A DNA stretch of 64,000 nucleotides from Catajapyx aquilonaris (lineage: Eukaryota), in assembly GCA_000934665.2 (NCBI GenBank), contig JYFJ02000159.1, positions 1-64,000 of the forward strand, given 5' to 3'. Below the pieces are notes generated by a model. The model worked only from the letters and a program-made list of their open reading frames with translations. It was not told the DNA's origin and ran no database searches. This document shows positions 41,401 to 54,454 of the stretch, in pieces. Position 1 is the stretch's first letter. Each line of letters starts with the position of its first letter. The position numbers and the translations under genes were made by a program.

Positions 41401-43187
41401 CACTGGTAAGAAGGATAACTGCGAGGCTGCCAAACAAGCCCTCTTGGACTTGGTGCCAATCACAGATGAAGTGAGAGCTGTTGATATTTTTGAGTGGTTG
41501 TGGTTCAATTCCTGTATGGTGGACTGTGCTGACTGAAGAATTCTATTGTTGTTAGGTTGAAGTCCCATTTGCATACCACCGATTCATTATTGGACCCAAG
41601 GGACAGCAAGTTAGAGAAATGATGGAGAGCTTTGATGTAAACATAGCTGTCCCTCCCGTTGAGCAGCAGTCTGATGTCATCCGGGTGAGTTCTTTACGTC
41701 AGTGCTCAGTTTTGTAGCCCTGCACTTTGCGTTTCATCATACATTAAACAAATCCCGTGAACAATGTTTCTTATGACATAATTGCCAAATTTGTTGTGAT
41801 ACTGCATGGATCATTACAACATGCCTAACTATGTCAAGGTTGAGAGATGGGATGCAATTTGGTAATTGGACTTGTTTTCAGGTGTCAGGAACTCCAGCCA
41901 ATGTGAAGCAAACCCGAGCTGCTCTAGAAAAACGTGTACAAGAATTGAGGGAGATGGAGGAGGATAAAGCTGCCCGCTCTTTTGAACTTAAGGCAAGCCA
42001 TCAGGACTGCACCATATTTTGACACAATTGTGTGAGCTGTGATTGTCATGAAATCCAACCTGTAATTTTCAGGTCGACGTGGCTCCGGGATACCATCCTA
42101 AGATCATTGGTCGTAAGGGAGGTGTTATCTCCAAGATCAGAGATGACCACAGTGTCCAGATCCAGCTGCCCAAAAAGGGAAGCCCAGATGAAAATATCAT
42201 TGTAATAATCGGATATGAGAAGAATGCCAATGAGGCCAGGGATGCCATAATGAAGATTGTTAATGAACTGGTAAATATTCCTTCCCCTAAAGTAGAGATA
42301 TGGTTTTTTTATTTTTTATTATTTATTTATTGATACCCCGTGCTCGAGCCTGAGGCTCGTTTAGGGGGGTGGGCTACCACCATCTGTGGTGAAACCAGTA
42401 TACTGAAAGTATTTAGTGTGTTTCACGGGTCGTTAGGAGGGGATGTGCAAAGTGCATGTGCGCTGTCGTTAATTGGTCATTTTGTGAACTCCCCCGGGTG
42501 GCTTAGTCTATCGGAAATTGCCACCCGAAACGAAGCCAGAGATGGCCCAACTCTGCACGAAAGAAGGTGGGAGATATGGTATTGAGCCTGTGTGATGTAG
42601 ATGTTAAGCATGCGTGTTGGTCAGAAGTCACCTTGATTGATACATCTCATGTTACCTAGATGCTGTTCTTTAACTTTGTTGCAAGTAGGAAATAGTACTA
42701 AAATGCGGAATTTTTTATTGCCCTTCAACAGGATGAGATGATAAAAGAAGAAATTAAGATTGACCATCGTGTCCATGCCCGCCTGATTGGTCAGCGTGGG
42801 CGCAACATCCGCAAGATCATGGACCAGTTCAACGTAGACATCAAGTTCCCTCGCAACACTGAATCAGATCCAGACGTGGTGGTGATTTCAGGGTTAGAAG
42901 ATCATGTTCTGGATGCCAAGGATCATCTCCTCAACCTGGAAGAAGAGTTCATGCAGGACATCCGCGATGAAGAGGATATGAAGAAGTACACTCGTGCGCC
43001 CAGCAAGTCCTCTGGGCACGATCACAAAGGAGGTGCCAAGGGAGGGCCCGATGTCAAGGGATTTGTCGTAAAGGGTGGCCCCTGGGAGCAGACTGCACCC
43101 GACACTGCCAGTGCAGAGGACTTCCCATCATTTGGTGAGAGTGCTGCAGCTCCATCAGGCCCTGTGGCCTGGGGGCCTAGGAGGTAA
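35488..43187 (+). CDS. HDLBP: Vigilin (HDL-binding protein / Dp1), multi-KH RNA-binding protein
   Basis: Exons 35488-35679, 35844-36062, 36122-36328, 36583-36792, 37613-37796, 37863-37993, 38565-38990, 39316-39954, 40341-40475, 40678-40896, 40972-41107, 41325-41470, 41556-41684, 41882-41992, 42073-42270, 42732-43187. Tandem KH motifs (HRYILGKSG, HKHIIGKSG, HKFIIGKGG, HPKIIGRKG, HARLIGQRG), N-terminal FPALP, C-terminal APDTASAEDFPSF...WGPRR. Confidence 0.97.
36986..37500. mobile_element. MITE with 12-bp TIRs in vigilin intron 4
   Basis: ATGGGGTCCTAG at 36986 and CTAGGACCCCAT ending 37500 bracket a GC-richer insert; superfamily unclear. Confidence 0.6.
38169..38331 (+). ncRNA. Box C/D snoRNA, U15/snR75-like (copy 2)
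   Basis: Perfect terminal stem CAGTGCATAT/ATATGCACTG, box C ATGATGA (38179), same CTAGGTGACGAGG-CTGA guide/D', internal hairpin, C' ATGAAGA, GCATTGGCTACAA, box D CTGA (38319). Confidence 0.88.
40186..40262 (+). ncRNA. Box C/D snoRNA, predicted 18S rRNA Gm guide (SNORD103/snR40-equivalent site)
   Basis: Terminal stem ATTGCCT/AGGCAAT, box C GTGATGA (40193), box D CTGA (40253); CTGGCACCAGAT before D' TTGA is complementary to conserved 18S GUCUGGUGCCAG; ends 78 nt upstream of the 3' splice site. Confidence 0.88.
42305..42570 (-). mobile_element. Short retroposon insertion with A-rich tail and 10-bp TSD
   Basis: GAGATATGGT duplicated at 42295-42304 and 42571-42580; T/(TTTA)n tract at left end next to hairpin CGAGCCTGAGGCTCG. 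Confidence 0.75.
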
Positions 43188-45208
43188 GGTAAGGATGTTG
43201 TCACTTTCCCAAATGTTTGACAGAACAGCACAGTAGTGACTGACAGGTATTCTGCAATAATTAAAACAAAAGTCAAAGGTGATCCACTAATGAAAATGCT
43301 GAGCATCTGGATGTGAAAATTAAATTGTCAACGAGATATGATAATAAGTTGCACTTCCCCAAACGCATTCTGATAATTCCACGGACTCTCAATTTATTTG
43401 ACCTGTACCATGGACAGGGTCAGTTTGGCACTGGGTACTGTAAGCTGGGTGTGGTGATGAACGGAAATAGTTGACTCACTGAATGTGTAATGCCAAGTGC
43501 AAGGTTATATCCAGTCACAGATTATGCTATATACTAATTAATGTGCTGTTTAGTGACTTGTTTCATTTTATTTCCAGATGGTGATTATGCAGTGCACTCA
43601 GCTGGAGAGTTTCATAGCCATGTAGAATTTCTTAATGGATGGCGGCTCTTTGTGCGACCCAGCAACACGTCATGGTTGAAAGAAAAGAAGAAGAATCTGC
43701 AGATAACTGTGTACTATCTACGTAATAGCTTTTGGGGTTGTACATGTTTTCTTTATTCGAACAACAACCGGCAATGATCCCTTTAATCAATTGTAGCGAC
43801 TTAGATCCCAGGCAAAAAGGATTTGATTGGGCGTTGGTAAAATCATCCCCACCACTACCTCCCCTCTCCTGTCCTCGTCTTCCCATCCATCCCTGCCTGT
43901 CTCCCATAACCACTGAAAATGGGCAAAAAAAGACTTCCTGACCTGACCATTCCTTCGTCCTCCCCTATTATGACACAGTAATTTCCTGTAACTGTCTTGC
44001 TGCTGAAAAAACGACCGCGAATTTGCTAATGGAATTCCGTAATGATTGTGGAAAATGTATTTCTGGATGAGTGAATTTTTTTACCCCTCCTTTTTTTTTT
44101 GCAACTGTATGTTGCAAGTGCCCTACCCGAACCCCCTTTTCCTATATCCTGTCCCCCTCCCCAACCCTGCACAAAAAAAACGGAATAATTTTATTAATTG
44201 TTTTGATATATTGTATTTAATTTCTGGTAGCTTCCATTACTGTGCAAATTTTTGTAAGCTGCAGCTTTATGTCCCCCTGGAGAAGGGCAAACTAAAATTC
44301 AAACACATTGTAATCATGGTGAAATCAAGTGTTGTTTTCCTGAGGAGCTGGTATCTTTGTTTTCTTTTAAATATATTTTCTTTTTTAGTTGACAGTTTAT
44401 TATAAGTCATGGGCTTTTTTGTTGACTAGTGATTTTGGATGATTTTTACAAAAGGGTGATGGACTATAATATCCCTGTATCTGTTATGGTTTTTTGTTAT
44501 TGAATAACAAACCTGGTAGGGAACAGTTGAAAAAGAAAGCTGATGAAATTATGTTCCTCAGGTCGGACAGTGTTCCATATTAATAAGAAGATTTTGCATG
44601 TGCGCCAAGAAAACATGTGCACTGTAGAATTGTTTTGTGAGTACAAGAGTTCTATTATTGATGCCAATGCAACTTGCTTGGCTGAGTGCGTGCTGATATT
44701 TTCTTCCATGAAATGACAAGGGTGTACTGGAGAAAAAATTACATTTATAATATAATGGTGAAAATTAAAAAAATGTATATGAAAATCTGTATTCTCCCTG
44801 ACTGCATTTGTTTCGTTTTTTAAACTCCCTTGCCCCTAGATATAATAGCTGGGGGCGAAGGGGTTAAAAAACGTTTTCCTGAGGAATGTGTAATAATTTA
44901 GTGAAAGGGCACAGTCCAGAGATGACATTGGACTAATTAACATAATGTACTGTACTTTGTTTGAGTACTTTGCCTAAAGCTTGTTTGCACCAATCATGGT
45001 CATGATCTAAGCAGGGTAAAGTGGATGATTATAAATTATTGGCTGAATTTTTTGAAATCATTGCATGGTCTGTACTTTGCAGTAGTAGCCAGGCATTATT
45101 TTTGAGGAAAAAAGAAGCATCATCCAGATTGTTACTGACCCACCTCGCCTACGTAATAAATCACTATTTTTGCGGGAAGTTGTCCACCGATGTAAAATAT
45201 GCTGATGT

Positions 45209-45462
45209 CCCGGATAATCGGAAGATGGTCATAGATATCGTAAAATGAGTTATTCACAGGTTTTAAATGGACGACAGTACATACTGTATTATGCTTTAAA
45301 TGAGATTTAATCAAAATTGGAAAAATTTCCACAGATTTTTAGCTTATATTATGGAAAAAGTCTAATATTTCTTTGTTTTAAGGAAAATTGACATTTTTTT
45401 GGACTTTTATTTGGTTCAGCCATGCACGGATAATCCGCAACCGGATAATCGGGAGAGCAGTG
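45209..45462 (-). mobile_element. Partial copy of the 28115 MITE family
   Basis: AGCCATGCACGGATAATCCGCAACCGGATAATCGGGAGAGCAGTG-TA is the reverse complement of the left end of 28115-28420. Confidence 0.75.
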
Positions 45463-45804
45463 TATGTTCAAAAGTAATGGTTCAGTGAAGATGATGAGAG
45501 TGGTTTTCTGGAATAATCCAGCCCAGAGCAGGTCATCATCGGGTAATGCAGTGTGACAACATATTTATTGTGACTCCCATCTAATCTAGCAAAACCTTCC
45601 AGATGCCTCTCACTGAAATTAACAGGCAGGTGAGCCACTGAATGCGCCTATGACGTCACGGCCATGGTCACGGCTCCTAATTTAATGACAACAATGGCAA
45701 CAATGAAAGTTGTTACCGTGGACTCCACCCAACAGCTGATGGCTTTGGGAGTTGATTCCATGCCACAGAGGTGATGATTTCAGTGGAAACCATCCTGGCA
45801 GGCC

Positions 45805-48800
45805 ATGGCAGATCATGTAAGGCTGTTTCACAATAATATTACTCTATTCCCCCTCTATTATATCCTCTGCGTGGCCTGACCAGTCACCAGAGGATTCATT
45901 ATACTGGTCGTTCGAGATGGCCAGGTGGACTGTAAGGCCTACCTGGTCATCGCTGGTAACCCCATCTTGATGGGAATATGCCGTGAAGGAAATGTATGTA
46001 TGTATGTATGTATTCCCCCCATATAGGCCTGATGCATTATACACTACATTACAAATGGCAGAAGGCTGGAACTAGGCACATTCATTGCACGGCATTCGTG
46101 CCCAAGTAGGTACAGTATATGAAAATCTGCGAGTCTACTCAGCATACCATAGCTTCAATCACATTTTTTTGCTGTGCTCGCCTGTGCCACTTTTCCACTC
46201 ATATTTTTTAGTAGGCCTAATAGTGCAGGTAGCTGAAATGTTTTTATTTAACTGTTGTTGTGGCGTCGAATATCTCTGTCTGTGTCAGTCTCTAACTGCC
46301 AGTTAATTATAAACCTGGTTGTGTGAATGAGTTTGGTCATCCTGGGCCCTGTTCTTGCCCTGGAACCAATTCCCACCCACTATTCATGCACAGGAGGAAC
46401 AGCACCCGTCTCGTCCTGGCTCTGCCCCAGCTCATGGTCCCCATGGTTCCCATGGTCCTCATGGTGCCGCTGCCCGTCGCACCAGCAAGGCCAGTAGCGT
46501 GGGTACTGGCAGCCTGGGCAGCAGCGTCCAATCGGGCAGCGTGGCCTCCACCATGTCCGGAAAGCAGTCCAGCCTCTACTACGACCTGGAAGAGATACCT
46601 CCTTGGCACCTCAGCATCATCCTAGTGCTACAGGTTGGGGCAGTTCATTTTGCACTAAGGACAGCCAAGAATATGTTCTTTTCATACAGTATTTTGCTTG
46701 TCTTCCAGAACTTTGTGGTAGCCCTGGTGACTCAAATAATGATTCACATGATCCTGATCAAGTATCTGTGCCAGAAAACACCAGTAGCGAGTCACAGCAT
46801 GGGCGCGTTCCAGTCGACCCTGATGTCCTCGGGCTTCTTCACCCTGTTCCAGACTCTGTTGGGCATCCGGCTGCCGGTGGTGGTGGGCGCCAGCATCTTC
46901 ATTCTGGGGGCCACCCCGTCGCTGCTGGCCATCAACAAAAAGGAGTGCCCCGATGCAGAAATTATTATTGACGAGGATAAGCTGGATCAGATCGTGGACC
47001 ATCGGATGGGACACCTCCAAGGAGCCATCCTCATCGCCGGATTGTTCGAGGTCATGTTGGGTTTGACGGGAGTAGCAGGGCTCATCATCAAGACCATCAG
47101 CCCCTTGGCCATCTCCAGCTGCACCATGACCCTGGGGATATCACTCAGGCACCACGCCATCCCCTATGCCATCGCTGACATACGCATAGCTATAGGGTGA
47201 GAGATCCTGGATCTGATCTTCTTTGTTTGTTCAATCAGTCAGAATTTTTTGGAGAAACAGCCAATCCTAACTGACGTTTTGTTTTTTGTTTTAAATAATT
47301 CCTTTCGGGGGGGGGAAAAACAGCACCATGATTCTGATGACTATCTTAAACCAGTACATGCGAAAACTCGTCGTACCCTTCACTGGGATGGGACGGAACG
47401 GACTTACCATCACCAACCTACCAATATTCACAACCTTCTCGGTGAGTTAGAGGGAATGCAACACACTGTGAGAATGCTGCTGCAATAATGTTTCCGCCGT
47501 TGATTCGAGGGAATTATTGAATCGATGGGTATGAAATATTTTGTGGGTCAATATGCTGCAATGGATTTTTTTTTTCTCACCGGCTCAGCCCGGATGCTTT
47601 GACCAAATAAGTTTGTGTTACTTTTGCAACGTTTGAAAATATCCTTTCCTGTCCTTGGCACAGTAAAATACTGCTGTAATATGATTGTGTTTCTGGTGCA
47701 TTTTACTTGTTCTGCATAATCACTCTACCACAGTACTGATATACTTGATAACAATGCACTGAAGAAGAGTAAATAGAAAATTACTGTGTACTGTGCATTA
47801 TTGGGAAAAGGATTGAAGGAGACGTCATGCATCCTTTTATTTACTGTTGCACTAACTTGTAAGTACTATACTGCCACTGTGTGTGTGAGCCTGTGGTCCA
47901 TTAACTGTGGGGACGCAACCTGGTGTTTTACTATAACAGTGGGGAAAATTTCAAATTGTGGGGACCTCAAATGTCCCTACAATTTGAATATGTTTTACCA
48001 GCTCTTGGTTTTACTACTTTAGTGGGGACATGTCCCCACAATTGGGTTCTTTTATCATACATTTTTCTCGGCGGAGGTTAAGTGTTTTGGTTGGGTAAGG
48101 TAGTGAAGGTTACAATTTATAATAAATTCCAGAGGAAGTGAGTTTGATCCGCCTTTGCAGATCCTGCTAACCATCATAATAATGTGGGGCATATGTGCAT
48201 ACTTCGAGATCTCCGGTCCCGACGAGGCGTCAAAAGAGGCGTTGGCCAAAACCGCATGGTTCTTGCCTCCAATAACTGCCAAGAGCTGGCACACGCCCCA
48301 AATAGAGTGGCAGGAGTCGTTTCTGATCATGCCTGCCATCCTGATGGTGATCGTCATGTCGGTGCAGGACTACCTGATCATGTCCGAGCTGGTCAACGCC
48401 ACCCATCCTCCCCAGCACGCCATTAACCGGTGCTGCGTCATCGAAGGGCTGGCCACCGTGGCCACAGGACTGAGCGGGTCAGCCACGGCCATGGGGGTCA
48501 TGTCCGACAACGCCGCTCTGGTCATCCTATCCAAAGTGGGCAGCCGACTAATCATCTGCCTCACAGCCGTGTTGCTCCTCATCATCTCCTTCCTCCCCAA
48601 GTTAATTGCCTGGATATTCATCATTCCTCCACCGATCATAGGCGGACTCATGCTGGTCTGGTTCGGTACCATCCTCGCCCTCGGGGTCTCCCTCAGCGCC
48701 AACGTCAACATCTCTTCGCCCAGGAACCTCTTCGTCATCGGAACGCCTACCTTCTTGGGGCTGGTCAGCAAAATAATAATAATAATTCTGTGGCAGTCAA

Positions 48801-49557
48801 ATAGTGGGCCTGTTCCGGAACTGGTTAGGTTTCGAGGGCATCTGCTGTGCAAATGGCCCAGCTATCTCTCACATTGATTGATCCCTCCTGTTTCAGATGC
48901 TGCCCCAGTGGGTGGAGAAGGTGGCACCAGGATCCAGCTACGGGAAGAACTACATGAACTTCACTGGGTCAGAAGGTTTTGACAAGTTTGTCACCAGCGT
49001 TCTGTTCAACGACTTGTATATCGCGGGAATCCTGGGAGTTTTGCTCGACCTTATTATCCCTGGTAGTATCCTAGCTACTAATTACAAAATAATGACGAGC
49101 TTTAAAGTAAACAGTAGTTTCGCTAGTTCTTCTTGGACTGTGGACTTGTACAGTGAGCAAACTCATATTGGCTGACTCATGGTGCATTATTTCATATGCA
49201 GGATCCATGGAAGAGAGAGGCAAAATTCACTGGAGGTCGCTGTTCATAGTGGAGGGAGACGACATGGACGCGAAGGACACCATAGACCGAGCCAAGAAGG
49301 TCTCTGAGAGGTCCCCCGAACTGAAAGTGTACGACATCCCGTTCTTGACCAAGACCATGTTCAGAGCCCCCATCTGCACCTACGTCCCGTTGTGCCCGCC
49401 TTTCCTTCCCTCGGCCATCTTCAGGATGATGACAGTGAAATACTGGCTGGGTGGGAGCAAGAGGAAGAGGGGCGCCAGCATGATGAGCGACGACTCGGCA
49501 TACAGGGGCGGACTCACCATATCTCATGCCGTCTTAGAGGACACCATGAGGCTGTGA
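45805..49557 (+). CDS. SLC23/NAT family transporter paralog A (divergent)
   Basis: Exons 45805-45816 (MADH microexon, GCCATGG), 46394-46633, 46709-47196, 47324-47441, 48161-48763, 48897-49062, 49202-49557. Motifs IPPW, FQTLLGIRLP, PPQHAINR, EG, KVGSR, P.PIIGG, SPRNLFVIG, LD..IPG, YDIP; AATAAA at 49613. Confidence 0.92.
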
Positions 49558-49890
49558 GGTGGTCGCCTCATTCACGTTTATGGTCTATGAGCACCTCAGG
49601 TGCATGGGAGACAAATAAAATATTGTTTGAAACAATGCTTATTGGGGCTTGCTACGTACACAGCAACTCTTTCCGAAAATTCCAGCTTTTTGAGGGGGAT
49701 TCAGGTTTGAGGACACACCTCAAGCGGCTGGCGAGGTGCAAGCTAAATGCTTGCACCTCGCCAGCTCTAAATGGAATTGGCAATATTGAAAAACAGTTTC
49801 CATGGCTGCAAACAGTTGCTTGCTACCTGCAAGAGAGTGGCACGGAACTGCCCAACTGTTCCAGGCCAGCTCATCCGTAGGAAGGGAGCC

Positions 49891-52156
49891 ATGGCTCCAA
49901 GGAGGACTCCTACTCAGCGCGTGCTTAGAGGAAGCATCGCACTCGATGTAAGGCATGCAGTAATACTATTAATATCGTACCAAGCGAAGAAAACATGCTA
50001 ATAGTTTTGTCTGTACTGAGACTACCCTCTCTCATTATGTATCCTCTGCATTGCCTTTCAGGAAGACCTCCTTCGGAGCAACATTAAGGAGCTGTTCACC
50101 GACACGGAGGGGGTTCTACCTATTGAATCCGGTCAATCTAGTGACAGCAGCTTGTCAACTATTTCTGGAAAACCGTCCAAGGTTTTTTTCCGTCTCGATC
50201 AGATTCCTCCATGGTATCTGTCCATCATGTTGGGTCTGAAGGTATTTTCCACTTCGTAACGTCTGCTGCTTCTTTAGACCCTAACTCTAGCACTGCTTGC
50301 CAGCAGGATATCTGGATCCGCATCAATGATGGAAAATAATACAGCATTGTTTTCAGCACCATCGTTCAAAAAATTGATGCCACATTTGCTTCCATGTACG
50401 GTGTTTCTTATCAAAACTTCCCAAGTGAATTTTGAGTTTTGTGGTTGCATGTATAGTAGTAGGTACTCCTCAAGGCTGGTAATATGCAAGTGTCAGCATA
50501 TCTAAGAAATTAAATGCACAAAATTATCTCCTTGATCACACATTCATTACTCGATATTAATTTATTGTAAAGGTTCCTATTGCAGTTTACTTTGTCCCCG
50601 GTTTGTGTTGCATTTAGAATTTTTTAAATCAGTGTAAAGTGCTTCTGTGTCATTCACAGCCCTTTTTCCTTCGTATTTTTTTTCTTCCCCATCAGTATGC
50701 TCTAATAACGCCTGTGACATCCACGGTGGTGTACGCCATACTTTCCCGACACATGTGCGCAGAGCTGCAGGACGCACCTATTCTGGAGACCTTCCAGACG
50801 GCGATTCTGTGGTCCGGCATCGTCACTGTCTTCCAGGTGGCCGTCGGCATACGGCTTCCCTGCACCGTAGGAGCCAGCGTCTTCTCTCTGGCAGCCACTT
50901 CGTCCCTGATGGTGATAGAACCTGATGACTGCTACAACGTCGTAGAGTACAAGGATACCACGGATCCAAAGTGCAGGTACACTGAACAACGGGGCCGCCT
51001 GGCGGGCCTGAGGGGCGCCCTGGTCATCGCAGGTGTGACCGAGGTGTTCCTGGGCCTCTCGGGAATGGCCGCCCTCCTCTGCAGGAACATGAGCCCCATC
51101 ACCATCGCGACAGCAACACTGGCTGCTGGCCTCTCGCTCAGGGGTGATGCCATCCAGTTCTCACAGGAAAACTGGATCATCTCAATGGCGTAAGGCTCAA
51201 CCTCTCATGATAAAAAGAAAACATTAGTAAGAACTGAACTGTGGCAAAAAAATAATAATAATAATAAAATGACCCAGGCGAGTTGAAAAGCGATGATAGG
51301 CATACCAAATGTACTGTACACAAGGACCATGAATGCACTTGTAATAATGGAGTACTTCCAATGCCACAGATTCTTAAATATTTAATGTCCATTGCAAGAG
51401 TTTTGGGGAAGTAGTAGAGGAACTCGGTTTTCTGGCGTCAGTCTTCAGTTTTCCTATGGTTTGTAATTTTAAAATTGTATAATTTGTGATATTTTTGCCC
51501 TGAGACCTTGGCACAAACCACTCTCAAATGTTAACATACTTGTATTACAAGGGAATGTGTATTGTACTGTATATTCAGAGCTGATGGTTATGTAACAAGC
51601 ACGTTATGACATTCAGCCATATTCTTGTGCATTTTACTTCCCATTGGACAATAGGACCATCGGCCTGGTGACCATCTTCTGCCAGTACATGCGCAATATC
51701 ACCGTACCCATCATAGGAGTAGAGCGGAAAGGAATTTCGATTGGTCAAGTGTACGTGTTCCAATCCATTGGTGTGAGTGCTATATTTTTTTAAAATTCTC
51801 TCCGTCCAGATTCTTTGCAAGGGGTCGTCCATCAAGTATTCTGTATTCAGGTCACGCTGGTTCTCGGTTTGTGTGACCGCTGAATTGCACTCCACCAGAA
51901 ACCCTCCACTTTCAGTTTTTCCGCCTCACAAAGGGCATGGCTGGAAGTTTGATGGCCAGTTTTGTGATCGTATCATATTCCAATTGTGTTTTTCACCGCG
52001 ATTAATATATTTGTTCAGTCAACTGATTAATGAAAAACAGGATTGGACCATTATTCGACCAAGAAACTTTTGTGCCATGTGAATAATGACCCTTGCGTCA
52101 GTGCTTGCGTCAAGCTCATTACCATTGTTCCATGCTGATGAATGATGATGATGATG

Positions 52157-52206
<50 letters not shown>

Positions 52207-52254
52207 TACTACTACTACCTTGCTACTACTACTATTAGGCCTACTATTATTATT

Positions 52255-52314
<60 letters not shown>

Positions 52315-53413
52315 GAGAACAATGATTGTCACTCTCACACTACCCCTTATTGGGGTAGTGTGAGAGTAGGTATATAGTCTGGTGACCCGGGGTAGCTTGC
52401 CCCCTGGGGTAACTGGTTGTTTACTGCTATCCTTTTACATATGCTGCCATGGTGATTACCCCCGGGATAGCTTACCCGGGGTCATCAGACTAGGGGCCTT
52501 AGTGTGAGAGTGACTTAGTGTGACATCCTTTATGGACGACCTCCTAGATTGTGTGTGCCAACTTGTCTCTGATAGCTGACCTTACCAGGTGCTGTTGAGC
52601 ATCATCCTGGCATGGGCCTTGAGCTATGCGATGGGTTACTCATCAAATGAGGCAGTCTGGGATGTACTGGAGAAGACCCCGACTTTCAGGCCACCGATGA
52701 TGGAAATGTGGTTACTCCCGGAAGTCGAAATACGCCAGGTTGTGATGATGTTCCCTGCAGTGCTGGTGGGTATGGTCAATGCCATGGTGGCCTACAAGGC
52801 GTGCTCAGAGGCAGTGGACGTCCCTTTCCCTCCGCACCACGCCTTCAACAGGGCCACCCTTGTCCAGGGTCTGGGTACCACCTTCGGAGCCCTGATGGGG
52901 ACAGGTGCCAGCATGATGCCCATGGCGGATAGCGTGGCAGGTGTGGCCAACACCAAGGTGGCCAGCCGCTTCATCTTCTACATAGCCGGGTTCATCCTCA
53001 TCATGTTCAGCTTCTTTCCAAAGATCTCGACGTTTCTGCTGGCCGTGCCTGGGCCCATTCTCGGGGGGATTATGTGCATCACGTTTGGGTACATCACCTG
53101 CCAGGGGTTCGCTCTCGCCACTGACGTCAACCTGGCGTCTCCCAGGAACATCTTCGTCCTCGGGATGTCCACCTTCTTGGGAGTGGTGGGTTCCCTTTTG
53201 CTCACCTGGCGTTTCGCAATAATTTACTTTGTCAACCTTCTAATAGGGTGAACTCCTGGGCATCAGAGGAGCACTTTTCGCAGAGGTTTGCTTGAATAAT
53301 AATTACGGTACTTTTCCGTTTGCATTGTACTATCTCATGCAGCATGCCATATTTCCATCGCCTCAAACGCTGCCTACTACACCTTATATAATAACAACAA
53401 CAACAGCAACAAC

Positions 53414-53477
<64 letters not shown>

Positions 53478-54454
53478 GTAGCATTTGAATTTATAACCGT
53501 ATGGTATTGGTAACGACTGTTTTGAAATTGAAAAGTCAGAGCTCTTCAAGTTGAGGGGCGCGTAGAGCCAGGTTATTTTGTAATAACTTGTGTTTGCATC
53601 CATTTATCCCATAAACGAGGCTTCGGAAACGAAGTGACACCTCGTGAAATTTGATTCTTTGGTACACCAAAGTTCATCCTAGTGCTGGTGAATGAAACAT
53701 CCTGTGTACACATCAGTACCCGGCATTGCATTAATGACAACATGACAAGGGCACAATATTTTAAAAAGTTTCTTTCTATTCTCTTTCTGTATGATGTCAA
53801 GGTGATACCAGATTGGGTGATGTCTACGATTAAGAACAACGCAGCGGCAGGAAAGCTCAATTACATTGATTTCAGTGGCGACGAGCATGCTGACAGATTT
53901 TTGACAGCTTTCCTCTCCAACTGCATGCTCCTAGCAGGCTTCCTTGGGTTGATCCTCGACCTCCTGATACCAGGTAATGGCAGTCTGCTTTTATCATAAT
54001 TATGCACCCTTCCCTTCAATCATTATGCCATTCCTATACTGGGATACACTGTATTACCCCTGTCCGTGCTGTTTGAATCTCAGGCAACAAGGAGGACCGA
54101 GGCAAGACTTTCTGGAAGGAGCAGTTCGCAGACGACCTGAATTTTGACCAGAGGGATCCCGACAAAGTGGCAATGGTCCAGCATCGTCTTCCATACGACA
54201 TACCATTCATAACGAAGTTCATGTACTACTGGCCCTTCTGCGCCTACATGTCCGTCTGCCCCGCATATCAGCCAATTGGGATGCACAAGATGATGAGCCT
54301 CAACCACTGGTCCAAGACCCTGTGCGGGATCGACATAAAAGACAAGAGGAAGAAGATGAGGGGGCTCAGCGAGGAGGAGGAGACTCTCAGGAGCATGCGG
54401 CCATCCAGGCTCAGCCTCTCACAGGTCATCATGGAAGACACCATGAAGATATGA
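49891..54454 (+). CDS. SLC23/NAT family transporter paralog B (divergent)
   Basis: Exons 49891-49947, 50062-50241, 50696-51189, 51655-51772, 52589-53185, 53802-53973, 54084-54454; same intron positions as paralog A; motifs IPPW, GIRLP, PPHHAFNR, TKVASR, SPRNIFVLG, YDIP. Confidence 0.92.
51820..52545. mobile_element. PIF/Harbinger-like MITE containing microsatellites and a nested MITE
   Basis: TIR-like ends AGGGGTCGTCCATCAAG / CTTTATGGACGACCTCCT; nested inverted repeats TAGTCTGGTGACCCGGGGTAGC (52376) / GCTTACCCGGGGTCATCAGACTA (to ~52492). Confidence 0.6.
52136..52314. repeat. Compound trinucleotide microsatellite (GAT)n(TAT)n(TAC)n...(TAT)n(CAT)n
   Basis: Directly visible. Confidence 0.95.
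53389..53476. repeat. (AAC)n(AAT)n microsatellite
   Basis: Directly visible in paralog B intron 5. Confidence 0.95.

Noticed and set aside
44820..44868. TTAA-flanked ~50-nt hairpin as terminator
   Set aside because: Eukaryotic context; more likely a tiny piggyBac-like remnant, too short to call.
52051..52377. Poly-D/I/Y/S ORFs
   Set aside because: Translation artifacts of trinucleotide microsatellites.
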